Part shown: positions 48,370 to 57,039 of the stretch, piece by piece | Position numbering within the stretch: the stretch's first letter is position 1 | Layout of the letters: every line of letters starts with the position of its first letter | Source: a virus | Reading direction: 5' to 3' (one strand) | Virus record (IMG/VR): IMGVR_UViG_3300030419_004788 | Location: 58,977-122,976 of that record | DNA length: 64,000 bases | Made by a program: the position numbers and the translations under genes | Notes under the pieces: generated by a model | Told to the model about the DNA's origin: nothing | The model's input: the letters and a program-made list of their open reading frames with translations, nothing else | Databases searched by the model: none

Positions 48370-48750
48370 TTAATATTTTATTTTAGGTAATGGTACTTCA
48401 TAGTAAATATCAATACCGATTGCTTTTGCCAGATGATATTCTGCTAATGCACCACGACTATTTTCAAACCCAGACATACAGTAAATGGCTGTACAGTCTT
48501 CTGCGATTGCTTTCAAGTCACGATTGAGTGCATCTCGCATAAACTCTCTGTCTTCGTAATCTGTTGTGGGGTCATATTCCATTGGACCAGATTCTGGACT
48601 TCCATTCTGCCTGTCCAATTCCGCAGGATTGATAACTCTCCATCCTTGTTTACGAAGTAAATCTGCTTGTCTGTCAAATGCAGGGAAGTTGAAATCTTCT
48701 ATTCCCCTCATTGGACCTGCAACATAAATTGTTGGTTTTCTTGTTTCCAT
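48370..48750 (-). CDS. DUF4406 / nucleoside deoxyribosyltransferase-like protein
   Basis: IYVAGPMRGIEDFNFPAF...GWRVINPAE...IYCMSGFENSRGALAEYHLAKAIG. Confidence 0.8.
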   Translation of the reverse strand: METRKPTIYVAGPMRGIEDFNFPAFDRQADLLRKQGWRVINPAELDRQNGSPESGPMEYDPTTDYEDREFMRDALNRDLKAIAEDCTAIYCMSGFENSRGALAEYHLAKAIGIDIYYEVPLPKIKY

Positions 48751-48752
48751 AC

Positions 48753-49019
48753 CTAACTCTCTTTCGCTCTGCACATTTTGTGGAATTCTTCCATGTTCCA
48801 CATCTTACATTTATGGCTTAATTTTTCATCAAGAACATATCCAATTCTAATATACTCATTCCAAAAAGTACGACCTGCTCTTATTAAATAAGTTTTACCG
48901 TCAACATTTACTGTACCATTTTCTATGCATTCTTTGTCTATGCTAAATGTATGTACTGTATTATCACTGGTACGAACAAGAACCCATCGTTCCGTTGTGT
49001 ATGTCTTGTTTGAATCCAT
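48753..49019 (-). CDS. Hypothetical protein
   Basis: ORF track; operon packing. Confidence 0.55.
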   Translation of the reverse strand: MDSNKTYTTERWVLVRTSDNTVHTFSIDKECIENGTVNVDGKTYLIRAGRTFWNEYIRIGYVLDEKLSHKCKMWNMEEFHKMCRAKES

Positions 49020-49027
49020 AACTAATA

Positions 49028-49258
49028 TTAGGCGCCTGTAGTTCCTTTTGGTAGATGACTTCTTAGATTGGTCATTATCCTCGCTAAATCTTTATAATTT
49101 AATTCATCTAATAAATATTTTTCATAGCCCACAACTGCGGAAAGAGAAATTTTTGCAAGTTCATCTAATTCTTTCTGGACTTCCTTTAGTGTTTTCTTTT
49201 CCGTTTTCTTTTTCATATAGACAACCTGTTCTTTATATTTATTCATACTAAAACTCAC
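49028..49258 (-). CDS. Hypothetical protein
   Basis: ORF track; operon packing. Confidence 0.55.
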   Translation of the reverse strand: MSFSMNKYKEQVVYMKKKTEKKTLKEVQKELDELAKISLSAVVGYEKYLLDELNYKDLARIMTNLRSHLPKGTTGA

Positions 49259-49269
49259 ATATTACATGT

Positions 49270-49512
49270 TTATTCTTTTTCGCTAAAATTTAAAACAGAA
49301 TCTACTCGGAAACTTCTCCATCCCATCTTTTCTATATCCCACACAGGAATCACCTCAAGGTTATCTTTTGATGTTTTTGTTTCTAATATCTCTGGAGCAA
49401 GCATAGGATTAAGTGTACATTTCATGTGTCTTATATTTCCATCTTTTTTTGTAAATATAATTTCTCTCATACCTTCTTGAAGTTGTCCTATCATTTCATC
49501 TCTAGTAATCAT
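49270..49512 (-). CDS. WYL_2/DUF2693-like SH3-fold phage protein
   Basis: IIFTKKDGNIRHMKCTL...VWDIEKMGWRSFRVDSV. Confidence 0.75.
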   Translation of the reverse strand: MITRDEMIGQLQEGMREIIFTKKDGNIRHMKCTLNPMLAPEILETKTSKDNLEVIPVWDIEKMGWRSFRVDSVLNFSEKE

Positions 49513-49660
49513 ATTTCAACTCCTTTTTTGAAATTCTTCTATCTCTCTTTGTGCAATTAAAAGTGCCACCCCAAGTTTTTGCTCTGTTCTTTGGAGTACC
49601 AAACATATCTCGTTCTTCATCACGAGAAGTGTATATTTTGTTTGTTCTTTTGCTTTTCAT
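49502..49660 (-). CDS. Small basic protein, 52 aa, probably leaderless
   Basis: Hand-translated MKSKRTNKIYTSRDEERDMFG...; TTGAAA-N16-TACAAT at 49668-49695, 7 nt before the ATG. Confidence 0.5.
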   Translation of the reverse strand: MKSKRTNKIYTSRDEERDMFGTPKNRAKTWGGTFNCTKRDRRISKKELKYDY

Positions 49661-49691
49661 TTCTTTTATTGTATCAAATTAGATTTGAATT

Positions 49692-50564
49692 TCAAGAAGT
49701 TTCTTCTTCTTTGTCGAATAATTTGTTTGTAAGTGTTTTGGGTGCATTTTGCGATATCCAATTATATGCTTGCTTTTTCAAATTACTATCTCTTGTCATT
49801 CTACTTCCAGGCACTTTCATTGTAAGATATGAAAAGTCTTTTACCACAACTGTGTCTTTATTTTTGCCAGTCTTTATTGGTTTACCTTGACTGTCTGTAT
49901 ATAATACAGTATTCTTTCTTCCACCCAGAACAATATAAACCCCACCGTCTATAGTACGAGGTGTGCCATGTTTAATAAAGTTATACATTGTCGTTGAGGC
50001 GCCTTCATGGGTTATTAACATAATATCGTCTGGAACAATTCTTTCCCTTTCACGATTTTGTTCGATGGCAACAGCATAGTCTGTAAGTACCCATATAATA
50101 TGAATATTCTTTGGGTCATAACCGGCTTGCAATAATGAAGGAAGTGCATCTTTAATCTTATTTTTGTTTTGAAGTGTTGTGTCTATCAATATATTTGGCA
50201 GAATGCCTCGTCTTGCATCTTTAAGTAATAGGTTCAGAGTCTTTTCCTTGATGCGTTTATTTTCAATCCACTTGTGTAGTTTGAATGCATCTTTAGGATT
50301 TCTCAAATCAAGACCACGAATCTCTTTGTATTTCTTTTGAAATTCTGCCAATCTAAGAAATGCTTTTTTATATTCGTCTGGGTCACGGACTTTAAACTTT
50401 TCACCTTCCATAAAATTTTTAATGGCAAAACCCTTACCAGAACCTGCACCACCTGCCATAAAAACAACCTGACCATATCGTTTACCCTTACCGACAATAA
50501 TTTGTTTCTCGATAAGGTCAACTATGTTTCTTTTCTCTGTAATATATTGTCTAAAGGTTTGCAT
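49692..50564 (-). CDS. P-loop NTPase/kinase (zeta-toxin/AAA_33-like) with a capsid-targeting-like N-terminus
   Basis: Walker A MAGGAGSGKG; ILIDTT; N-terminus MQTFRQYITE. Confidence 0.7.
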   Translation of the reverse strand: MQTFRQYITEKRNIVDLIEKQIIVGKGKRYGQVVFMAGGAGSGKGFAIKNFMEGEKFKVRDPDEYKKAFLRLAEFQKKYKEIRGLDLRNPKDAFKLHKWIENKRIKEKTLNLLLKDARRGILPNILIDTTLQNKNKIKDALPSLLQAGYDPKNIHIIWVLTDYAVAIEQNRERERIVPDDIMLITHEGASTTMYNFIKHGTPRTIDGGVYIVLGGRKNTVLYTDSQGKPIKTGKNKDTVVVKDFSYLTMKVPGSRMTRDSNLKKQAYNWISQNAPKTLTNKLFDKEEETS

Positions 50565-50578
50565 ATACTATGTATTCT

Positions 50579-50989
50579 CTACCAATCCTCAAGAATCCAT
50601 GTGCCAAACACATAAGGGTGTTCTATTTCAAACTGTTCACCTTCTTCGTCTTCAACCATAACAAATATCTCGTTATAGTCTTTTACTGTTCCGCGAAATC
50701 CTGTTTGTCCACTGTCATGAGTGATATAAACTTCTTTGTTCATATAATCATCCCATGATTCTCCTTCTAATAATCCCATGATTCTCCTTTATTCGTCCCA
50801 AGGTTTCTTTTTTGGATGTCTTGGATGGGAGTGTAAATCGTTTGTGAATTCTCCTACGAGCCAATTCGCAAATGCTTCTTTATATTCTTCCCAACTCTCA
50901 GAATGTTCATAAGTTCCGTACACACGAAATTCCTTACAAAATGCCTCATCCAGTTTATTCTCTATATATTCGGAAAGTGGTGCGAACAT
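50579..50989 (-). CDS. Two small hypothetical proteins (50579-50779 and 50789-50989)
   Basis: ORF track; AAGGAG/GGAG RBS. Confidence 0.55.
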
Positions 50990-51325
50990 CTATGCTCCAT
51001 AATATTTTTTTATCTCTTTTATGTAAGCAGGACCATATAGTCCAATAAAAAGAAATGGGTCTTCATCAAATATGTTTCCACGATTGTGTTTTGCGGGTGT
51101 TTTCCATGTTGCGGGTTTTAATATGTCACCATTTGACCTTTCTACAAATCCCCACACTGTGCGTGAATTTCTATCCGTACCAACATCCTCTGAAATTATC
51201 TTAATATACTTACTACCTTTTCTGGCAGTCAGTTTCCGTTCCCAAGAATAGTTACTCATACCTTCATCTACTATCTTCTGGCAACCTTCTAAAAACTCAT
51301 CAAACTTTTTATCAAAGTCATTCAT
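50990..51325 (-). CDS. Conserved phage hypothetical protein
   Basis: KYIKII...VWGFVE...GDILKPATWKTPAKHNRGNIF. Confidence 0.7.
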   Translation of the reverse strand: MNDFDKKFDEFLEGCQKIVDEGMSNYSWERKLTARKGSKYIKIISEDVGTDRNSRTVWGFVERSNGDILKPATWKTPAKHNRGNIFDEDPFLFIGLYGPAYIKEIKKYYGA

Positions 51326-51584
51326 TCATTTTTTCCAATACATCATAAAGTTCTTCAAGTTCATCCGTACCAAACATGGCACGAATCTTTTCGCCACCAC
51401 CACACGGGCAGCCATTGTGTCTAAGACAAGAGAGAATGTTAGGATTTCTAATCTCTCCTGTTCTCATATTCATACTCCCACAATCCGTTTTTCGCCATTC
51501 TTCTTCCCAATCCATAAAAACGATTTCCAGAAGTTTCTTCATTAATTCTTTTTGAATATCTGTCATAGTATTCCTTCTTGCCAT
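51318..51584 (-). CDS. Hypothetical protein
   Basis: ORF track. Confidence 0.5.
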   Translation of the reverse strand: MARRNTMTDIQKELMKKLLEIVFMDWEEEWRKTDCGSMNMRTGEIRNPNILSCLRHNGCPCGGGEKIRAMFGTDELEELYDVLEKMNE

Positions 51585-51904
51585 AATTTGTCTGTTAGTT
51601 TATATTGTAGTCTGTTTGCTTGTCTTTCGCCTTCACCACTCCATTCGCCAGTTTCCCATTGCATCACATGAACCATCTCATGTACAATGGTTGCAACAAA
51701 ATCTCTTAATGTCTGGTCTGTTGCAATCTTTATATTATACAAATGTTCTTTGTTGCCTTCAACACAATATCCCCAACAATCTTTATGTTTTTCTAACCGA
51801 AAGTTGATAGCGACATCAACCAAATCGAAATGAAGTATACACCATTCAGCAGTTAGAATGGCAATTTCTTTGTGGTGCTTCTTACCACCTTTAACTTTAA
51901 TCAT
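51563..51904 (-). CDS. SprT-like HExxH metallopeptidase-domain protein
   Basis: GYC...IKI...ATIVHEMVHVMQ...E..A. Confidence 0.75.
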   Translation of the reverse strand: MIKVKGGKKHHKEIAILTAEWCILHFDLVDVAINFRLEKHKDCWGYCVEGNKEHLYNIKIATDQTLRDFVATIVHEMVHVMQWETGEWSGEGERQANRLQYKLTDKLWQEGIL

Positions 51905-52065
51905 TTACCATCTCCTGCCGCAAGAACAAGTCCAACATTTGCCAATGCATATGATGTCCATACAAGACACCAAGCATATTCTTTTTTAAATAAGTATCCA
52001 ATAGCAACCATAGCATAAAGTATTGCGGCAAGTATTGGACATATTTTTACTAACCACTCCAACAT
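51901..52065 (-). CDS. Small two-helix membrane protein, 54 aa
   Basis: Hand-translated MLEWLVKICPILAAILYAMVAIGYLFKKEYAWCLVWTSYALANVGLVLAAGDGK; overlaps both neighbours via ATGA. Confidence 0.55.
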   Translation of the reverse strand: MLEWLVKICPILAAILYAMVAIGYLFKKEYAWCLVWTSYALANVGLVLAAGDGK

Positions 52066-53204
52066 CACATATCCTCTGTAAGTCTAATACCCAATCCAAC
52101 AGGGAATCGTGGAATACCATCGTCAGTCAGTTCAAAGTATTTCACTTTGAGATAATCTCCAATACCTTCTCCGTCTTTTCGTGCATTGTAATATGTCTTT
52201 TGCCGTTCTTCCATTGTTCCTTGTGGAACAACTTTGAATTCTAATCGGTCTTCACCATTCCAAGTTTCGCATATCCATACAATACATCCGTCAAATCTGC
52301 CAACGCCAGTTGTGAATCCTGTAATGAGATATTCCTCGTCCATGAAGTTCTTGACTTTGAGAAGTTTGTTAGAACGATATCCGAATTTATATTCGCCATC
52401 GGACTCTCGTACAATAGCACCTTCATATCCATCTTCAAGAAATGCAGATTGAATTCGATATACTTCTTCTTCATTCATGGCAATATGTGTGGGTACTACA
52501 ACGACAGATTCCTCATGGTTTTCATAGGGATAAGGAGCATTGAATTCATTCTCTAATATGTTTGCTCTGTGTTTCCATTCACCCACATCTTTTCCATCCA
52601 CTCTTGGAATATCATATACATGGTATTTCACATTAACAGATTCTGGTCGAAGTTTCTTTACCAGTTTGGTAATCTCCTGAAAGGTAGAACCATGAATATA
52701 AAGTTCACCATCGACAACAGTTCCTTTTGGTAAAATGCTTTTTAGTTCTTCTATGATATGGTCGCAACATTCCCATTGCTTACCACCACGACTCATCAAT
52801 TTTATATCATCACCATCCCAATATGCCAGACACCGAACACCATCTAGTTTCGGTTGAACACTTACTGGGTAAGTTACTTTGTCTTTTCGTTTATCAAAAG
52901 ATGCGGCAAGCATAGGAAGAAATACTTCCTTCTTTGCATCTTCAATGGTCAAACTGTATTTGCCATCTAGTCGTTTCTTGTGCATTGCAGTTGCTTCAAG
53001 GATTGCTTGTTCTTCCGCAGTAGTGGCATTTGCACGACCAACATTCTTTGGTGTTGCAGTCTTTCTTGCAGTCTGCATCTTCCCACCAATCTGTCCATAC
53101 TCCGTACAGATGTCTGCACCTTCTGTCCATATATCCCATTGCACGATTGCGCCAGTTTTACCTTGATGGTATAGTGTTTCTAATTTTGTTGTCATGCTAT
53201 TCAT
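52065..53204 (-). CDS. ATP-dependent DNA ligase
   Basis: QPKLDGVRC (motif I), VDGELY, EGAIVR, LLKVK, RFPV. Confidence 0.95.
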   Translation of the reverse strand: MNSMTTKLETLYHQGKTGAIVQWDIWTEGADICTEYGQIGGKMQTARKTATPKNVGRANATTAEEQAILEATAMHKKRLDGKYSLTIEDAKKEVFLPMLAASFDKRKDKVTYPVSVQPKLDGVRCLAYWDGDDIKLMSRGGKQWECCDHIIEELKSILPKGTVVDGELYIHGSTFQEITKLVKKLRPESVNVKYHVYDIPRVDGKDVGEWKHRANILENEFNAPYPYENHEESVVVVPTHIAMNEEEVYRIQSAFLEDGYEGAIVRESDGEYKFGYRSNKLLKVKNFMDEEYLITGFTTGVGRFDGCIVWICETWNGEDRLEFKVVPQGTMEERQKTYYNARKDGEGIGDYLKVKYFELTDDGIPRFPVGLGIRLTEDM

Positions 53205-54209
53205 TCCTTATTCATCCTTTTTAATTTGTCATGTCCTGTCATTGCTGATTTTACTCTTTGTTTTCTTCTTCGTGTTCGTTCAGGCTTTTTGTGTAAGTCC
53301 ATCATATACTTTCCTGTCATCTTATTCTTCTTCGATTTTCTGTAGTTCATACTTTCGCCCTCCCAACTACTTCTGCCACCTTTGAGATAATCTTCTACTT
53401 CTGATATTTCGTATCCACCATAATTTACCCAATTATACCAACACTCTCTTGCATCATCAATATCCCATACTTCTTGGTTGTCCCCATTATTTTTTCTTTG
53501 CCATCTTGGATTACAAAAAGGGTCGCCATTCAGATAGGTTGTTACTTCTACCTTATTTTCTGTTAATGGTCGAAAGTAGATTTCAAAACAGGTTTGCTTG
53601 TTCCAGATTTTAAACAACTTACTCAAATCTTTACATCTCCTAATGGCAAACCTTCGATATAAGAATCATCTCTGTGCATACCTTCATTAATATGAACTTG
53701 CCATATCTTTCTTGCATTTTCATAGGAATGGTGATGTTGATTGATAATGATTCCATTTTCAAATTCAACAATCATTGCAGTATTTCCATTGTATATCATA
53801 AACACATTCACCCATACTCCTGCATCATCGTGTTCTTCACTAGACCGCAATGCATAGACTTCTTTCGGTCTTGTACGGCCAGTACTAGCATTGAATGTTT
53901 TGGTAACATCTTTTCCGTTAGTCATAACAACAGAAATCCCATCCCAATCCGTATTATAAGGACCATCTAATTTATCTGGATTCATGGAGTTGTAATCCTT
54001 TCAAATCCATGATGCACTAAATTGCCCCACCATGCTCTGGCATTTTCTATACTCAAACCCTTCATACTTTCTTCTTGATTCCAATCTTCGTCAATATAAC
54101 AATCAACATCCATAATCTCCCTATCAGAATCCCGAACAATAAACACATAGTCCATTATCTGACCATCTTTTATCTTTCGTAGTTGGGGATTTACACTTGG
54201 TATGTTCAT
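53201..54209 (-). CDS. Three tandem hypothetical proteins of the ARxxW family (53201-53626, 53623-53985, 53982-54209)
   Basis: ORF track; each contains the AR-x2-W-x2-(L/W/H)-x3-G motif. Confidence 0.65.
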
Positions 54210-54559
54210 TCTAATATATCCTTCTGTAAGTTTTCTAATGTATATGTGCCACTTGCAAGGTTCGCAAGTATCTCTACTGCATCACCATCGGAATCTTCTC
54301 CCAAGAAATCAAGTACTTGTTCTTCAGTAACCAAAACATCTTTCAGTTTAGTTTCTTCAAAGTAGTTTCGCCAGAACGGATAGTTCTTCGCAGGATATCC
54401 CTCATCTCTCTGTTTCGCAATTTTTTTGCGAAGTTCCGTCAGTTCACGAATAGTATTTCCATCCGTTCTCATATGACAAATCTCACCCAAAACGCCCTGA
54501 ATGATATTCAGTTCGTTCCAAGAGAGTATTAAGTTGTGCATTGATGCTGCCATTTTCAT
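54206..54559 (-). CDS. Hypothetical protein
   Basis: ORF track; AAAGGA RBS just after the tRNA. Confidence 0.55.
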   Translation of the reverse strand: MKMAASMHNLILSWNELNIIQGVLGEICHMRTDGNTIRELTELRKKIAKQRDEGYPAKNYPFWRNYFEETKLKDVLVTEEQVLDFLGEDSDGDAVEILANLASGTYTLENLQKDILE

Positions 54560-54572
54560 TTCCTTTTTGCAA

Positions 54573-54646
54573 AGAGCGAGGTGGGATTTGAACCCACGAA
54601 TAACGGATTTGCAATCCGTCCCCTTAGTCCACTTGGGTACTCGCCC
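54573..54646 (-). tRNA. trnC: tRNA-Cys (GCA), CCA not encoded
   Basis: GGGCGAG/CTCGCTC acceptor stem with U discriminator; anticodon arm ACGGA-TTGCAAA-TCCGT; T-loop GGTTCAAATCC. Confidence 0.95.
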
Positions 54647-54647
54647 A

Positions 54648-55010
54648 TTATTGTGTCATTCCGTCTGATTTGTAGAAACCTTCGTCTGTGATATCATCCA
54701 ATCCTTCAAAAAGACCAGAAAGATATTCGTCAGATGCTTGGAGTTTATTCTTATTATTCTCTGCACCTTCGCCAGTGAGTTGTTCAATATCAATCACATA
54801 GTGTGCAGTTAATATCTGCCACTTCTCTTTTGGTACATTGAATACTGCGAACATATTTGGGTCGTCTGGAACATCCATTGTATCACAATCATGTGGAAGA
54901 TGTGTCTGTGACAAAGTGCCCATCATTGAGAATTCCACAGAGTATTCGTCTGTGTAAGTAATTTCGCAAATGCCACTTTGTAGTGTTTTAATTATATCTC
55001 GTTTGTTCAT
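54648..55010 (-). CDS. Second WYL_2-like protein
   Basis: LQSGICEITYT...GTL...AVFNV.KEKWQ resembles 49270-49512. Confidence 0.55.
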   Translation of the reverse strand: MNKRDIIKTLQSGICEITYTDEYSVEFSMMGTLSQTHLPHDCDTMDVPDDPNMFAVFNVPKEKWQILTAHYVIDIEQLTGEGAENNKNKLQASDEYLSGLFEGLDDITDEGFYKSDGMTQ

Positions 55011-55076
55011 ATGTGTGTATTATACCTTATGTGTCTTTGTGTGCATAGAGCAAAACAGCCATGTTGGAATTATTTT

Positions 55077-55472
55077 TTACCAAATTCCATCACCACCATC
55101 AAAACCGCCATTGTCTTGTGTAAAGTCATCCAAGTTGTTCATCAAGTCATCAATGGCATCTTTGAGTGCATCTTCGATGTCCTCAATGCTTTCAGGCGAA
55201 TTTCCTTGATTCTGCATAGAGGTTGTCTGACCTTTGGCGTATTCTGCCATGGTCTTATTCCATTCTATTCCGATTGCTCTTAACCAGTTATATTCTTCAT
55301 CTGAAAGATATTCAGGAGTTATTAGAGATTTCAGTTTATTATAGACATGACTGGCATCGTAAATCATACCACACCTTTCACCTATTAGGACGGTGTTGTT
55401 GATTTCTTCGTTCATGATGTTTATGTCATGTAGTAGTTGACTGATTGTTGTTTCTGAATGTTTCATTTCCAA
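55077..55472 (-). CDS. Acidic hypothetical protein
   Basis: ORF track; AAGGA RBS. Confidence 0.6.
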   Translation of the reverse strand: MEMKHSETTISQLLHDINIMNEEINNTVLIGERCGMIYDASHVYNKLKSLITPEYLSDEEYNWLRAIGIEWNKTMAEYAKGQTTSMQNQGNSPESIEDIEDALKDAIDDLMNNLDDFTQDNGGFDGGDGIW

Positions 55473-55592
55473 TTCCTTTTTAAAACGAATCCTGTAGAGG
55501 CAATTTTGCCTCCGAGTTATTTTGCTAACGCTGGGACTCCCCCCAAACTTTTTTTGCCATACACTGTTTTTTAAAAAATAATGTTGATTTTA

Positions 55593-55958
55593 TTAATTTT
55601 GGGTTGACATCTCCAACATGTCGTCAGACACAGTATGGTCACCCATATCGTCAGAAACGACTTCATACACATGTGTCGAATCTGATAGTTCGTCACCATC
55701 TGTACCATGACCTGGCGATACTGCTTGGAGTGCGTTCCACTGTTCCATAATCTCAGGAATGGTGAATACACCTCTGTCTGCTCTGCGTGATAAGTCATGT
55801 GTAATCCAATTGGGAATCCACTTCTTACCCTTAAATGCCATTGACACTTGACGCAATTCAGCACGACTAAATGTATTCTTGTTTAAATCAATACCTAAAG
55901 CGGGTGCGTGTTCTAAGACTGCACTTACATATTTTTGTTGTTGTTTTGAAAGTTCCAT
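55593..55958 (-). CDS. Stand-alone homolog of the N-terminal domain of the AAA+ ATPase at 57027-58223
   Basis: FSRAEL...PNWITHD..RRADRGVF..PE aligns with VSRQEI...PSWLTQD..RKVGRGLY..PE. Confidence 0.65.
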   Translation of the reverse strand: MELSKQQQKYVSAVLEHAPALGIDLNKNTFSRAELRQVSMAFKGKKWIPNWITHDLSRRADRGVFTIPEIMEQWNALQAVSPGHGTDGDELSDSTHVYEVVSDDMGDHTVSDDMLEMSTQN

Positions 55959-56281
55959 TATACTAATTCTCCTTGTGAATCTAGTGTGTATAAAAAGTTA
56001 TAGGCTTCACCTGTAAGACCACCTTCAGGGTTAAACCAGTACGCATCAGGTGTCCATGCACAATCGTCCATATCACCATCATCTATTATTAGTTCTTCTT
56101 CATCCTCTATGATGCAATCGTCATCATCAACTTCTACATGATGCCAAGCATTGTCAGATTGGTATTCTGCCACTATTGAGGGTGCGTATATATTCGTTCC
56201 CTCTGGGACGATTAATTCGTCTATTTCGTTGCTCCATGTGGCGATTCCTCTATCGTCCAACCACATCATAAAGTCTTTCAT
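55958..56281 (-). CDS. Acidic hypothetical protein, probably leaderless (MKDFMMW...)
   Basis: TTGAAA-N16-TACAAT at 56289-56316 overlaps the track ATG, so the start was moved to 56281. Confidence 0.55.
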   Translation of the reverse strand: MKDFMMWLDDRGIATWSNEIDELIVPEGTNIYAPSIVAEYQSDNAWHHVEVDDDDCIIEDEEELIIDDGDMDDCAWTPDAYWFNPEGGLTGEAYNFLYTLDSQGELV

Positions 56282-56312
56282 ATTGCTCATTGTATCATAA
56301 TTCCTTTGCGTT

Positions 56313-56816
56313 TCAAGAGTTTTCTACTCGATTATATCCACCATTTACGAGTTCATCCCAATGGGTTCTGGCGTTTTCTACCGTAAACCATTTACCTATC
56401 CCATACGATGAGGATGTTGGGGTTGAACTCACGAATTCGACAGCATCGACTTCCTCAAACCAATTTACTTTAAGTGAATCCTTATTGCCATTACGGAGTG
56501 TATATTGCACATAATGACCCATTCGATTCGTATCAACCTTCTGGATTTCGCCATATTGTCCCATCACCATCTGCATATCGTTCAGATAATCTTCAACAAG
56601 ACTACCATTCGGAGGACCACCATATTGTTCAGCATCCTTTTTGAGATTCTTTACTGGCATCCACCAAGTCATTTCTTCAGCGTCCCATCGTCCACCCATG
56701 CGTTTGACGATATCTTTCTCATCAAACAGAACGGCGAGTTTGTACCCCTCAAATACGCACTTTTTCTTATAGTCCGTATAGGTCTTTCTGAATTTGCGTA
56801 TTTCTCTAGATTTCAT
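56313..56816 (-). CDS. DUF5710-like N-terminal domain plus ARxxW C-terminal domain
   Basis: LAVLFDEKDIVKRMGGRWDAEEMTWWMP; TVENARTHWDELVNGGY. Confidence 0.65.
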   Translation of the reverse strand: MKSREIRKFRKTYTDYKKKCVFEGYKLAVLFDEKDIVKRMGGRWDAEEMTWWMPVKNLKKDAEQYGGPPNGSLVEDYLNDMQMVMGQYGEIQKVDTNRMGHYVQYTLRNGNKDSLKVNWFEEVDAVEFVSSTPTSSSYGIGKWFTVENARTHWDELVNGGYNRVENS

Positions 56817-57039
56817 AGTTCGTTGTAAATCCTTGTTTTATAAGGGAGTTCCAAAATGTTCTTGCAAGTGGCGTTTCATAGTTTCCACCAATCCGTGCAT
56901 CGTCATATGTCCGCCATCCGTGTCCATCATCGATATGCACGATTACTAGATTAGCACCTTGAGGTTTGAACATATACTGGCAACCTGTTTCGTGATTGAT
57001 TAGATGGAATGTTGTCATTATTGCACTCAAAATGGACAC
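56806..57039 (-). CDS. Hypothetical protein, ARxxW family
   Basis: TPLARTFWNSLIKQGF. Confidence 0.6.
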   Translation of the reverse strand: MSILSAIMTTFHLINHETGCQYMFKPQGANLVIVHIDDGHGWRTYDDARIGGNYETPLARTFWNSLIKQGFTTNYEI

